Positions 25,121 to 37,527 of a stretch of 64,000 bases of DNA are shown piece after piece. The first letter of the stretch is position 1, and each line of letters opens with the position of its first letter. A program made the translations under genes and the position numbers. This DNA comes from Hemiscyllium ocellatum (Eukaryota), in NCBI RefSeq assembly GCF_020745735.1, contig NC_083409.1, positions 13,577,259-13,641,258 on the forward strand. Direction: 5' to 3'. The notes under the pieces were generated by a model, which made no database searches, was not told where the DNA came from, and saw only the letters and a program-made list of their open reading frames with translations.

Positions 25121-25219
25121 CTTTATAAAGCTCCAGCCTGTGAGAGTCTGACTGGGTGTTCCTCAGTATGTAAATAGCATCAGGCAGAGAGAGCCACGTC
25201 AGCCCCTCACACTTCCTCT
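25121..25219 (-). promoter_or_regulatory. V promoter of cluster 1
   Basis: On minus strand: PU-box AGAGGAAGTG (25219-25210), TGACGTGG (25201-25194), octamer variant ATTTACAT (25175-25168), TATA-like CTTTATAAAG (25130-25121); same order and spacing as cluster 2. Confidence 0.7.
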
Positions 25220-26199
25220 TCTCTCTCTCTATCTCACTCTCTCTGTCTCAGAGTCATTGATGTGAACAGCACTGAATGAGGCCATTTGGCCCATTGTGTC
25301 TGTGCTGGTAAACAAAGATGTGATGACACTAATCTCATCCTCCAGCTCTTGGCCCATGACCCTGGAGGCAACAGCAACACAAGGGAATATCTAAACACTG
25401 CTCCAATGTCATGAGAGTTTGTGACTCAACCAGCCTTTCAGGCAGTGAGTTCCAGACTCCCACCACCCTCTGGGTGAAAACATTTCTCCTCAATTCTTCT
25501 CTCACTCTGCAACTCAACTGGGCCTGGATTCACTCAAGTTTATAAGGATGAGACGGAATCTATTTGAAACATATAAAAGTCTAACAGGCCCGGGCAGTAA
25601 GGAGGTTCCCCTGGTTGGGGAGTCTGGAACCAGGGGACACAGTCTCAGGGAGATACGGGGTAGAACATTTAGGACTGAGATGAGGAAACATTTCTTCACT
25701 CAGAGGATGGTCAACCTGATGAATTCTCTACCACAAACGGCTGTGGGGGACAAGGAACTGAATATATTCAAGAAAAAAAGAGAGATAGTTGTTTTGCATT
25801 TTAACAGCATGAAGGAAATAAGGAGAAAGCAGAAATATAGCAGTGAGAGAGAGGATCAGCCATGTCATACTGAATGACACACAAGATTCAAAGGGCTGAA
25901 TGGCCTACTCCTGCTCCAAGTCTCTATGAGACCATGTCTGTGTTACCTTCAATCTCTGTCCCTGGTTATTGAGTCCTTTACTCTTGTATAAAGTGCCTTC
26001 CTATGCAACGTATCACTGCCAACAATGATCTTATACCTCTCTATCAGGTCCCTCTCAACCTTCAATGCTCCAAGGAAAACAGCCCCAATCTTTCCAATCT
26101 TTCCTCATAGCTAACCCTCCATCCCAGGCAGCAGCCTGGGAAATCTCCTCTGCCCCCTCTCAAGTATAATCACATCCTTCCCAGAATGTTGTGACTAGG

Positions 26200-26540
26200 A
26201 CCTTTCTCTCCCTCTCTCTCTTTTCCCCTATCTGTCTCACATCTGCTACTTTGATCTCTCTACATCTATCTCTCTCTCCCACTGTTAATCTCTCTCATAT
26301 TCCCTCTCTCTCACTCTGTCTCATAGCCACTCTCTCCAACTCACTCACGCTTCCTCACTCCGTCTCATAATCTTTCTCCATCTCTCACTGTCTCTGTCAC
26401 TCGCTCCATCTCTCACTTCAATTGAAAACCTCCAAATGTTATCTGCCCCTCTCTATTTCTCCCTCTGTCTCTCCCTCCTTCTCCACATCCCACTCGACCT
26501 CTACTTCTCTTTCTCTGTCTCACTTCTCTCTCTTTCTCAC
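26200..26540. repeat. CT-rich low-complexity tract upstream of V1 (counterpart 59110-59815, expanded)
   Basis: Degenerate (CT)n; the reverse-complement AG-rich tract upstream of V2 is about twice as long. Confidence 0.8.
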
Positions 26541-26880
26541 AGTGTCCCAGGTGGAGACAGTTGAATTCAGGATAAATCTCTCTCTGCTCTGCCCCACTAA
26601 TGGATGTTAACCCTTGACCCCAGAAGCATGTCTTCTCCTGGAGTAAAGGCCCATTTCTACATCGACCAGGTTTTGGTATCTCTTAGAAAGATGGACAGAT
26701 TGTTGGTAAATGAAGGGCAGTTTTGTGCTGTTGGCCTATTCTCACTGGGGATTGGTTTGGACACAAACCTCATTCCATGAAGGCCCAGCAGAGAGAGGAG
26801 ATCCTCAGGCCGTCAGTGTGAGCTGGAGGGACAGGACAGGCTCTGACCCACTGATCCATCCTGTCTTTGCACAACATGGA

Positions 26881-27665
26881 GGAGAAAGTGAGGACTGCAG
26901 ATGCTGGAGATCAGAGTTGAAAATGTGTTGCTGGAAAAGTGCAGCAGGTCAGGCAGCATCTAAAGAGCAGGAGAATCAATGTTTCGGGCATGAGCCCTTC
27001 TTCAGGAATGAGGAGAGTGTGCCAGGCAGGCTAAGATAAAAGGTAGGGAGGAGTGACTTGGGGGAGGGGCTTTGGAAATGCGATAGGTGGAAGGAGGTCA
27101 AGGTGAGGGTGATAGGCCGGAGTGGGGGTGGGGGCGGAGAGGTCAGGAAGAAGATTGCAGGTTAGGAAGGTGGTGCTGAGTTCGAGGGATTTAACTGAGA
27201 CAAGTGGGGGGAGGGGAAATGAGGAAACTGGAGAAATCTAGATTCATCCCTTGTGGTTGGAGGGTTCCTAGGCGGAAGATGAGGCGCTCTTCCTCCAGCC
27301 ATCGTGTTGCTATGGTCTGGCGATGGAGGAGTCCAAGGACCTGCATGTCCTTGGCAGATTGGGAGGGGGAGTTGAAGTGTCGAGCCACGGGGTGGTTGGG
27401 TTGGTTGGTCAACCACCCCGTGGGCCAACAGACCATAGCAACACGACGCCTCATCTTCCGCCTAGGAACCCTCCAACCACAAGGGATGAACCTAGATTTA
27501 TCCAGTTTCCTAATTTCCCCTCCCACCACCTTGTCTCAGTCAAATCCCTCAAACTCAGCACCGCCTTCCTAACCTGCAATCTTCTTCCTGACCTTTCCGT
27601 CCCCACCCCCACTCCGGCCTATCACCCTCACTATGACCTCCTTCCACCTATCGCATTTCCAACGC
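26881..27665. mobile_element. Penelope-like fragment with fold-back inversion
   Basis: 27426-27660 is the reverse complement of ~27070-27320; 14-bp perfect inverted repeat CCACGGGGTGGTTG / CAACCACCCCGTGG at 27385-27398 and 27410-27423; degenerate hammerhead at 26974-27009. Confidence 0.85.
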
Positions 27666-27667
27666 CA

Positions 27668-27905
27668 ACAGTAAACATGGACGTCAGTTCACGAGAGTGC
27701 TCCATGGAGAAACATGGGCCTCCTTCCCACTGAAGCCCCCAATGGAGACCAGTAAACATGGACATCATTCCTCCTTGAGCCTCCAATAAAGACCAGGAAA
27801 TGTTGGCCTCCTTCCTAATGGACTCTCCAAAGGAGACCAGTAAACATGGACGTCCTTCTGACTGGATACTCCAAGAAGACCAGGAAATGTGGGCCTCCTA
27901 TTCAC
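27668..27905. repeat. Degenerate ~40-bp minisatellite
   Basis: Recurring GACCAGTAAACATGGAC / GACCAGGAAATGTGGGCCTCC cores; the same cores resume at ~29170-29225 after a CR1 insertion. Confidence 0.65.
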
Positions 27906-27929
27906 TTGTCCTTCTAATAGAGACAAGTG

Positions 27930-29165
27930 GATAGTTGAGTTTTTGAAGAAATAGATAAAAATAGATCAGTACACATTGTCGACATGGACTTTAGCAAGGC
28001 CTTAGACAAGATTTCCTATGGTAAACTGCTTAGTAAGATTATATCACAGAGGATCTAGGGAGAGCTAACCAATTGGATATAAAATGGGCCTGAAGGTAGG
28101 AGGCAGAGGTTGGTGAGAGAGGGTTGTTCTTCAGACTGGAGGCCACTGACCAGCCGTCTGCCACAAGAATCGATCCTGGATCCACTGTTGTTCATCATTT
28201 ACATGAACAATTTGGATGAGAAAATAGCAGGAATGGTCAGTAAGTTTGTGGCTGACATTAAAATTGTTGGCATCGTGGACAGGGAAGAAGGTTATCTAAG
28301 AATGCAATGTCATCTTCATCAACTGGGCCAGTGGGTCAACAAATCCAGATGGAGTTTAATTTCGATAAATGCAAGGAGTTGCATTTTGGTAAGACAAACC
28401 AGGGCAGGAATTACACAATTAATGGTAGAGCCATGGGGAGTGTTGTTGAACAGAGAGACTGAGGTGTACAGGTACATAGTTCCTTTAAAGTGGTGTCACA
28501 GGTAGACAGGATGGTGAAGAAGGTATTTGGCACGCTCGCCTTCACTGGTCAAAGCAGGAAGTACAGGAGCTGGGACATCATGTTACAGCTGTACAAGGCA
28601 TTGGGAAGGCCACATTTGGACACTGTGTACATTCCTATTTACCCTGCTATAGGAAGGAAGTTACTGCACTGGTTTGGATAAAAGAAAGATTAACAGGGAT
28701 GTTACCAAGGTTGGTGAGTTTGAATTACAAGGCGAGGATGGATAAGCTCAGAGATTTTTCCAGTGAATGCAGGAGATTGAGGGGTGACCTTAGAGAGGTT
28801 TATAGAATCATGAGGGCCATACATAAGGAGAATAGCCAAAGTTTTTTTCCCCAGAGTAGGGGAGTCCAGTACGAGAAGGAATATGTTTAAGTTGAGAGGG
28901 GAAAGAATTAGAAGGGGCCTGAGAGGCAACCTTTTCACACAGAGGTTGGTGTGTATGTGTAATAAGCTGCCAGAGGAAGTGGTGGAGGGGAGTACAATTA
29001 CTAGATTTCAAGGACATTTTTACAGGAACATGGATAGGAAGGATTTAGAGAGGATTGGGCCAAATGCATGCAGATGGGACTAGTTCAGTTTTGGAAACTT
29101 GGTCGGCATGGATGAGTTGAGCAGAAGGGCCTGATCCCACGCTGTAAACCTCTATGACTCTATGA
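27930..29165 (+). mobile_element. CR1 LINE, RT 3' part and tail
   Basis: LPQESILDPLLF, FVADIK, LQLYKALGRPHL; CR1 3' UTR ending CTCTATGACTCTATGA. Confidence 0.85.
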
Positions 29166-30792
29166 TGATGTAAACATGGGGCACCTTCCCATAGGACCAA
29201 CAAACAGTAAACATGGGCCTCCTTCCTGAGCTGCAAACCCCACATCCTGTCCATCACATAGGTCCCTTATTTCAATCTGCACAACATTGTTTGTCTCTGC
29301 ACTACCTCAGCCTCTTGACCACAGAATCCCCAATTCCTACTCATCCCACCTCCTGACTCTATGATTTCAATGTCTTCTCCCAGCTTCCTGAAGCCACATT
29401 CCATCAACCCCAACTTGTCTGATATGGAGGGTCCCTTCCCTGTCTCACAACTACAGTTGTTCCAGAATCTGACCTCACTGCCAGCCAATTGCCTCCATGG
29501 CCTCCCTCCTCCCTCACTCTGTGTCCTGCTGTAGACTCACATTCCCTCCCTCCCCCTTCCATCTTCTGTCTCTGGTCTCCTGCCCATTGCTGCTTCCTCC
29601 ATCCCATCATTGACGGCAGAGCCTTCAGACCCCGAGAGTATCCTCTCTGCCCTCTTCATCCCTCCCTCTCTCGTTGTTTGTGCTATTGAATATACTGTTT
29701 AGTTCCATCACTTTTGGTTCGCTGTTCCCTTGCCATTGATTTGCTGATTTATTCTAGTAAATCTAGACTGGTGTGTTCTCTGAGTTGGTTCAAGAGTGTT
29801 TTGCTTGAGAAAACACTTCTGTGAACTGGTTTGTCTGTTTCTCCCAGTCTTTGTGTAAAGGTGAGACTAAGTGTGTAAATGCTGTCATTTCATGGAGCAA
29901 TCCAGTCAGTCCCACCCCCTCCCCTACTCGACCCCCAGAGCCTTGCAGGTTTATTTTCATCAAGAGCCCATCCAATCTGCCATTGCAATCACTGAGTGTC
30001 TTCACCTGCCTCACCTGAATGGGCACTAATTTCCAAGTCATTACCAATTGCTGCTAAAAAACATTCTTCCTGAGATTCCGTATCTCTTGCCCAACAAAAT
30101 GTAAGGTAATCTCAATGTGAAGATGGGATTTTGTCTCCACACGGACTGTGCGATGGTCACCCTTACTGATTACTGTCATGGACAGATACACCAGCAGCAG
30201 GCAGGTTGGTGAGGGTGATAGTGAGTATGTTGTTCCCTCTTGTTGGTTCCCTCACCACCTGCCCCAGGTCCAGTCTCGCAGCTGAATCAGGTGGAACCTG
30301 ACCAGCTTGCTCAGTAGTGATGATTCTGAGCAGCTCTGGATGGTGGACTTTGAAGTCCCTTACTCAGGGTATATCCTGCATCATTCCCTCCTTCAGTGCT
30401 CCCTCCAAGTGTTGTTCAACATGGAGGAGGACTGACTGCTCAGTTGAGGTTGGAGGGGAGGGCGGTGCTATGTGGTAATCAGCAGGAGGTTTCCTTCCCC
30501 ATGTTTGACCTGCTGTCATGAGGCTTCATGGGTTCCATAGTTAATGGTGAGGACTCCCAGGGTAACTCCCTTCTGACTGTACACACCACTGTGTTGCTTC
30601 CCCTGCTTGGTCTATCCTGCCAATTAAAAACTGAATGAGGGATCAATTCCGTTCAGGTTTTACAGCTTGGAGACAGAGCTGCTGCTGGGTTCTGTTTCTG
30701 ATCTCCGAGTGCAGGTGTATGTGTTTGTGAGAGAGTGACTGTCCTTTTTCCCATCACTGTGCTGTTTCTGAAAAGAAAAATCCCAGAACCAG

Positions 30793-31050
30793 CCTCCTGT
30801 GCTGTCAGGTTCTTGGGGGTGCAGACAGTTCACAGTTTTCTCCCATCTCAGTAACAAACGTCCAGCTGCTCCGAGCTCTTTATTTCACTTCCTCTTTTGG
30901 TGAAGTTTCAACCTTGTGCTCTGACAGTCTTTGCAGTTATTTTTTACACTGGGGCTTTCTGCTGTGGTCAGAATCTCTACTAATAAGTGTCTGATCAGTG
31001 ACAATCACAGCAACTAAGAGCAGTCAGGACTGAGGAGCCAGGCTCACTGG
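30793..31050 (-). promoter_or_regulatory. Conserved distal upstream block of cluster 1 (candidate enhancer)
   Basis: Reverse-complement homologue of ~55626-55889; contains GAGGAAGTGAAA (30894-30883), E-box CAGCTG (30863-30868) and RUNX motif TGTGGT (30963-30968). Confidence 0.5.
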
Positions 31051-31054
31051 GAAA

Positions 31055-31480
31055 CACATTGGGAAGATCAAAGCCATTCCTCTTCAGCTCCCGGTACAAA
31101 CTCCATCCCTCTCCCTGAGCACTATCTGCTGCTCAACCAGACTCTTTACAAACTTGGCCTCATCTTTGGGGCTGATCTGAGCCCCATATCCTCCATCTCA
31201 CAAAGATCAGCCACTGAAAATCTCTGTCATGTGCATGGGACTCCAAACATGACCATACCAATGTTGTGCTTGCACACATCACAGCCACTGCCCTCCGTAA
31301 CCTTCAGCTCATCCCAAATTCTGCTGCCCCATATCTAAACTCGCATCAAATCCCATTCCTCCAACCCCCTGCGCCCTGTGCCTACATTGGCTCCTGGTCC
31401 AGCAACACCTTGATTTTCAAATTCTCATCCTTGTTCTCAAGTCCCTCCCTGTCCTCCACTCTCCCTATCTCTGTAACTTC
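31055..31480 (+). mobile_element. Ancient L2-like LINE relic shared by both clusters (counterpart ~55255-55625)
   Basis: TTGGGAAGATCAAAGCCAT...CTCCATCCCTCTCCCTG...CTACATTGGCTCCTGGTC resembles shark L2 RT and 3' region from memory; present in inverted orientation upstream of V2. Confidence 0.55.
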
Positions 31481-31719
31481 CTCCAAACTGCCTCACTCAG
31501 TGTGATCAACAAAATTGGATATATGGCTGTCTATTCCTTCATCCAAGTAATTTAGAAATATCGTGAAATGCTGAGGTTCTAGCCCAATTCCCTGGGGACA
31601 CCACTATCCAGATTTTGCTCATTGGAGAGCACACACATTATCCCTCCTCTCTGTCTCCTACCTCCAAACTAATTCCTGACCAAAGATAAATACTTTTCTC
31701 TAACTGGCGAGAATGGGAG

Positions 31720-32740
31720 AAAGCAGAGGGACACAGTGGAAGGATACTTGTCAGACTGGAGGCCTGAGTCTAGTGGAGTGCCTCAGGATTGATGCTGGGT
31801 CCATTACTGTTTGTTATCAATATCAATGATTTAGAAGACATTACAATAGCCGGTATTGTGGACAATGAGGAAGGTTATCAGATATTGTAACAGGACCTTG
31901 ATCAGCTGTGGAAGTGGGAAAAGAAATGATAAATTGAGTTTAAGTATGAGTTCTTGCATTTTGGAAAGTTAAATCAAGGTAGGAGTTTCATGGTGAATGG
32001 TAAGGCCTTCAGGACTGTAGTGGAACAGTGGGATCTCGGAGTTCAGGTGCACAGTTCTCTGAAAGTTGAGTCACAGTTAGACAGGGCAGTGAAGAAGGCT
32101 TTTGGCACACTGGCCGTCATCAGTCAGGGCACTGGGTGTAGAAGTTGGGAAGTTATGTTTCAATTGTACATGACATTGGTGAGGCTGCACTTGGAGTATT
32201 GTGCTCAGTTTTGGTCACCTTGTTATATGAAGGATATTATTAAACTGGAAAGAGTGCAGAATAAATTTACAAGGATGTTGCCAGGTTTCAACATCTATGT
32301 TTTTGGGAAAGGTTGGACAAGCTAGGACATTTTTCTGAAGAGTGTCGGAGACTAAAGGGGAATCTTTTAGAAGTGTATAAGATCTTGAGAGACATGGATA
32401 GGGTGACTGCACTCAGTCTTTGTCCCAGAGTTGGGGAATCAAGGACTAGAGGGCATCAGTTGAAGGTTAGAATAAACGGGAACCTGAGGGGCAACATTTT
32501 TACACAGAGGGTGGTACTCGTATGGAATGAGCTGCCAGCTGAAGTGATTGAGGCGGGTACATTAACAACATTTAAAAGGCATTTGGACAAATACATAGAT
32601 AGTATGTAATTTGAAGGATATGGGCCAAATGGAGGGAAATGGGGTTAGTGTGGATGGATATTTTGGTCAGCACGGTCCAGTTTGGGCCAAAGGGCCTGTC
32701 CCTGTGCTGTAGGACTCGATGACTCTGTGACTCTATAATT
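31720..32740 (+). mobile_element. CR1 LINE, RT 3' part and tail
   Basis: ORF 31954-32325: LVRLHLEYCAQFWSP; typical CR1 C-terminal and 3' UTR sequence. Confidence 0.85.
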
Positions 32741-33309
32741 CCATATGTTTCCATGTTTATGAACAGTCTCTCAAACATAGAAACAGAGGAACTAGGAGCA
32801 GGAGGAGGCCATTCAGCCCTTCGAGTCAGCTCTGCCAGTCAATATGACCATGGCTGATCATCCAACTTAGTCCCCTGTTCCCACTTTTTCTCCATAACCT
32901 TTAATCCCTTTCGCCTTCTTGTAAACATTTAATATTTGGGCTCAACTGCTTTCTGTGACAAAATATTCCACAAGCTTCCCACTCTCTGGCTAAAGAAATG
33001 TCTCCTCATCTCAGTCCGAAATGGCCTTTCCCTTTTCTTTAAACTGTAATTCCCGGTTCTGGACTCTCCAGTCATCAGGAACACAATTCCCGTGTTTACC
33101 GGTCTTATCCTGTTAGGATTTTACAGGTTTCAATGTGATTCCTCTCAAATTTCTAAACCCCAGTGAATATAATCCTAACTGATCCAGTTTCTCATCAGAT
33201 CTAAGTGCTGTCCTCCCAGGAATCAGTCTGGTAAACCTTCGCTGCCCTCCTTCCACAGCCAGAACATTCTTCCTCAGATAAGGAGCCCGAAACTACCCAC
33301 GACAGAATC

Positions 33310-36300
33310 ATAAAATCACACAGTATAGAAGAGGCCCTTCAGCCCATTAACTGTGTACCAGCCAAACTACACTAAACCTATACCAGTCCCACTTTCCAAC
33401 ATGAAGCCCATAGCTTGAATGTTAGGATATTTCAACTGCTCATCCAAGTACTTTTTAAAGTTTGTGAGGTTTCCCACCTCAACTACTTTCCCAGATTGTG
33501 TATTCCAGACCCCCCACCATCCTCTGGGTCAAAAACACTTTCCTCAAAACATCTTGAAACCTCCTATCTTTGACATTGAATGTGAACCAACTTGTTATTG
33601 ACCCTCCCAAGAAGGAGAACAGCTGCTTTCTCTCCTCCCTGTCCATTCCCCTCATCACCTTATACACTTCGATCAGGTGCCCCTCCACCTTCTCTGCTCT
33701 GAAGAAAACAACCCGAGATGATCCAATTTCTCTTCATCACTGAGAGGTTCCATCCCACACAACATCCTGGTGATTTCCCTCTGCACCCCATCCAGTGCAA
33801 TCACCTCCTTCCTACAATGTGGTGACCTGAACTGCACACAGTACTCCAGCTGTGGCCTCACCAATGTTCTGCTTAACTGCAGCATATCCACCTGCTTTTA
33901 TAGCCAACACCTGACATGACAAAGGCAAGTGTCCCCTGTGCCTTCTTAACTGCTCTATTAACCTGTCTTGCCACATTCAGTGATCAGTGGAGAAGCACCC
34001 ACGATCACTCTGTTCCTTTGAGCTTCCTCAGTTCAAAGAACAAAGAGCAATGAAAATTATAGCACAAGAACTGGCCCTATGGCCCTACTAGCCTGCACTG
34101 GTCCATATCATCCACTGAAACCTATCATCAATTTTCCAATGGTCTGTCTCCCTTTGCTCTGTGCCCATCCATGTTTGTATCTAGATATATCTTAAATGAT
34201 GTTATTGTGCCTGCCTCTGGCAACATGCTCCAGGATCAATCACCCTCTGTGTGACGAACTTTCCATACATATCTCCTTTAAATGTTTCCACTCTCACTTT
34301 GAACTCATGACCCAGAGTAATTGAGTCCCCCACTCTGGGAAAAAGCTTCTTGCTATCCACCCTGTCTATATCTCTCATGATTTTGTAGACCCCAATCAGG
34401 TCCCCCCTCAACGTTCGACTTTGTAATGAGAATAATCCTAATCTACTAAGCATCTCTCCATAGCTAGCAACCTCCATCCCAGGCAATCCTGGTGAACCTC
34501 CTCTACACCCTCTCCAAAGCATCCGCATCTTTCTGGTAATGTGGCAAACAGAACTGTACACAGTATTCCAAATGTGGCCAAGCCAAAGTCTGATATAATG
34601 CTAATATGACCTTCCAACTCTTGTACTGAATACCACGTCTGGTGAAGGAAGGTATGCCATATGCCTTCTTGAACACTCTGTCGACCTGTGTTGCCACCTC
34701 CAGGGTACAATGGACCTGAACACCCAGGTCTCTCTGGGCATCAATTTTCCCAGGGTGTTCCATTCACCGTACAGTTTACTCCAGATTTGGATCTTCCAAA
34801 ATTCATCAGATCGCATTTGCCTGGTTTGAACTCCATCCATCCGTTTCTCTGCCCAACTCTCCAATCTGTCTATATTCTGCTACATTCTCTGACAGTCCAC
34901 TTCACTATCTGCTACTCCACCAATATTAGTGTCATCTGCAAACTTGTTAATCAGACCACCTATACCTTCCTCCAGATCATTTATGTATATCAAAAACAAG
35001 AGCGGTACCAGCACGGATTCCTGTTCTCCATTCTGAGAAACACCTTCCATTACTACTGTCTGTCTCCTGTTGCCCAGCATGTTCTCTATCCAGCTAGTGA
35101 CTACACTCTGGACCCCATGCGACTTTAATTTCTTTATGAGGCTGCCATGGGGAACTTTATCAAACGCATTCCTGAAATCCATGTGTATGACATCCACAGC
35201 CCTTCCCTCATCAATCAACTTCATCACTTTTTCAAAAGATTCTATAAAGTTGGTAAGACATGACATTCCCTGCACAACTTCATGCACCCTATAACTGATA
35301 AATCAATTTTCGTCCAAATGTAAATAGATCTTATCCCTCAGTATCTTCTCCAGCAACTTCCCTACCACTACATCAGGCTCACTGGTTCATACCTGGATTA
35401 TCCTGGCTACCCTTCTTAAACATCAGTAATTCTCCAGTCCTCTGGGACCTCATCCATGTTCAAGGTTGCTACAAAGATATCGATTAAGGCCCCAGTTATT
35501 TCCTCTCTTGCTTCCCTCAGTAAGCTGGGATCGATCCCATCCTGACCTGGGGACTTGTGCACCTTGATGCCTTTTAAAATACCCTCCTTCCTTAAACCGA
35601 CTTGAACCTGAGTAATCAAACATCTATCCCCAATTTCAACATCTGTCATTTCCCTCTCCTTGGTGAATACCGACGTAAATCACTCATTAAGAATTTCATC
35701 CATTTTCTCTGACTCCACACATAACTTTCCTCCTTTGTCCTTGAGTGGGCCAACTCTTTCTTTAGTCACTCTCTTGCTCCTTATATATGAATAAAAGGAT
35801 TTGGGATTTTCCTTAATCCTGTTTGTGAATGATATTTTGTGACCCCTTTTAGCCCTTTTAATTCCTCACTTCAGATTGGTCCTACTTTCACGATATTCTT
35901 CCAAAGCTTTGTCTGTTTTCAGCTACCTAGACCTTATGTATGCATCCCTTCTCCTCTTAGCTAGTCTCACAATTTCATCTGTCATCCAGCGTTTCCTAAT
36001 CCTGCCATTTCAATCCCTTATTGACATGTCTGTCCTGACTCTAGTCAACCTCTCTTTAAAAGCCTCCCACATATCAAATTTCAGAACAGAAATGCAGAGA
36101 CTTTTCTTCAGCCAGAGAGTGGTGGGCCTGTGAAATTCATTGCCGCAGAGTGCAGTGGAGGCCAGGACACTAAATGTCTTCAAGGCAGATATTGATAAAT
36201 TCTTGATGTCACAAGGAATTAAGGGCTATGGGAAGAATGTGGGTCAGTGGAGTTGAAATGCCCATCAGCCACGATTGAATGGCGGAATGGACTCAATGGG

Positions 36301-37527
36301 CTGAATGGCCTTACTTCCACTCCTATGTCTTATGGTTTATGGTCTAAATGTGGATTTCCCTTTAACAGCTGCTCCCAATCCACATTCCCCAGCTCCTGCC
36401 AAATTTTTCTATAGTTGGCCTTCCCCCAGTTTATCCGCCTTCCTTTCAGATCACTCTCGTCTTTGTCCATGAGCATTCTAAAACTTATGGAACTGTGGTC
36501 ACTGTTACCAAAATAATCCCCTACTGAAATTTCAACCACCTGGCCGGGCTCATTCCCCAATACCAGGTCCGGTATGGCCCCTTCCTGAGTTAGATTATTT
36601 CCACATTACTCTGTAAAATCCTCCTGGATGCTCCTTACAAATTCTGCTCCATCTTAACTTCTAACATTAAGTGAATCCCAGTCAATGTTGGGAAAATTAA
36701 AATCTTCCATCACCACCACCTTGTTACTCCTACATCTTTCCATAAGCTGTTTACATATTTGTACCTCTATCTCACGTTCACTGTTAGGTGGCTTGTAGGA
36801 TAGCACCAACATTGTTATTGCACCCTTCCTGTTTCTGAGCTCTGCCCATATTGCCCCACTGCTCGAGTCCTCCATAGTGCCCTCCTTCACCACACCTGTG
36901 ATATCCTCTCTGACCTCTAATGCAACTCCTCCATCCCTTTTACCTCCCTCTCGAACCCATCTGATACATCTGTATCCTGGGATATTTAGTTGCCAATCTT
37001 GCCATTCCCTCAACCACGTCTCAGTAATAGCAATAACATCATACTCCCAGATACTAATCCAAGCCCTAAATTCCTCTGCCTTACCTACTACGCTTCTCAC
37101 ATTAAAACAGATGTGCCTAAGACCATTTGTTCCTTTGCGTTCATCATCTGCTCCCTACCTACTCTTAACCTTAGTAACGCTGACTTCAATATCTGGTTTC
37201 TGACGGACTTTAGTTACTCCCTCATTATTGCCCACTAACCTCCTCATTTGGTTCCCATCCCTCTGCTACACTATTTTGAACCCTCCCCAAGAGCGTGATC
37301 AAACACATCCCTCAGGACACTGGTTCCAGTCCTGCCCAGGTGTAGACCGCTCGATTTGTAATTGTCCCACCTCCCCAGGAACCAGTCCCAATGTCCCAAA
37401 AATCTGAACCCCTCCCTCCTGCACCATCTCTCAAGCCACACATTCATCCTGCCTATATTTTCATTTCGACTCTGACTAGCACATGGCACTGGGAGCAATC
37501 CTGAGATTACTACCTCTGAGATCCTAC
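33310..37527 (-). mobile_element. Array of minus-strand CR1 fragments, including an older copy running from RT to ORF1, with a nested plus-strand CR1 tail at ~36080-36345
   Basis: HMDFRNAFDKVPHG and FADDTNIG (34880-35287); WEYDVIAITETWL endonuclease (36654-37100); ORF1 esterase-region WCRREGFRFLGHW (37271-37573). Confidence 0.8.

Noticed and set aside
24893-25177. Antisense ORF conserved between clusters (also 60239-60631, [13 protein letters not shown]...)
   Set aside because: It is the reverse strand of the near-identical promoter, leader and intron; conservation follows from the duplication and there is no recognisable domain.
26538-26565. CACAGTG heptamer upstream of V1 as a possible orphan RSS
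   Set aside because: The 12-spacer nonamer position reads ACAGTTGAA (poor match), there is no adjacent coding segment, and the CAC is not kept in the cluster 2 copy.
27668-27905. Repeat-spacer pattern resembling a CRISPR array
   Set aside because: Vertebrate DNA; units are degenerate and the spacers are related to one another, i.e. a minisatellite.
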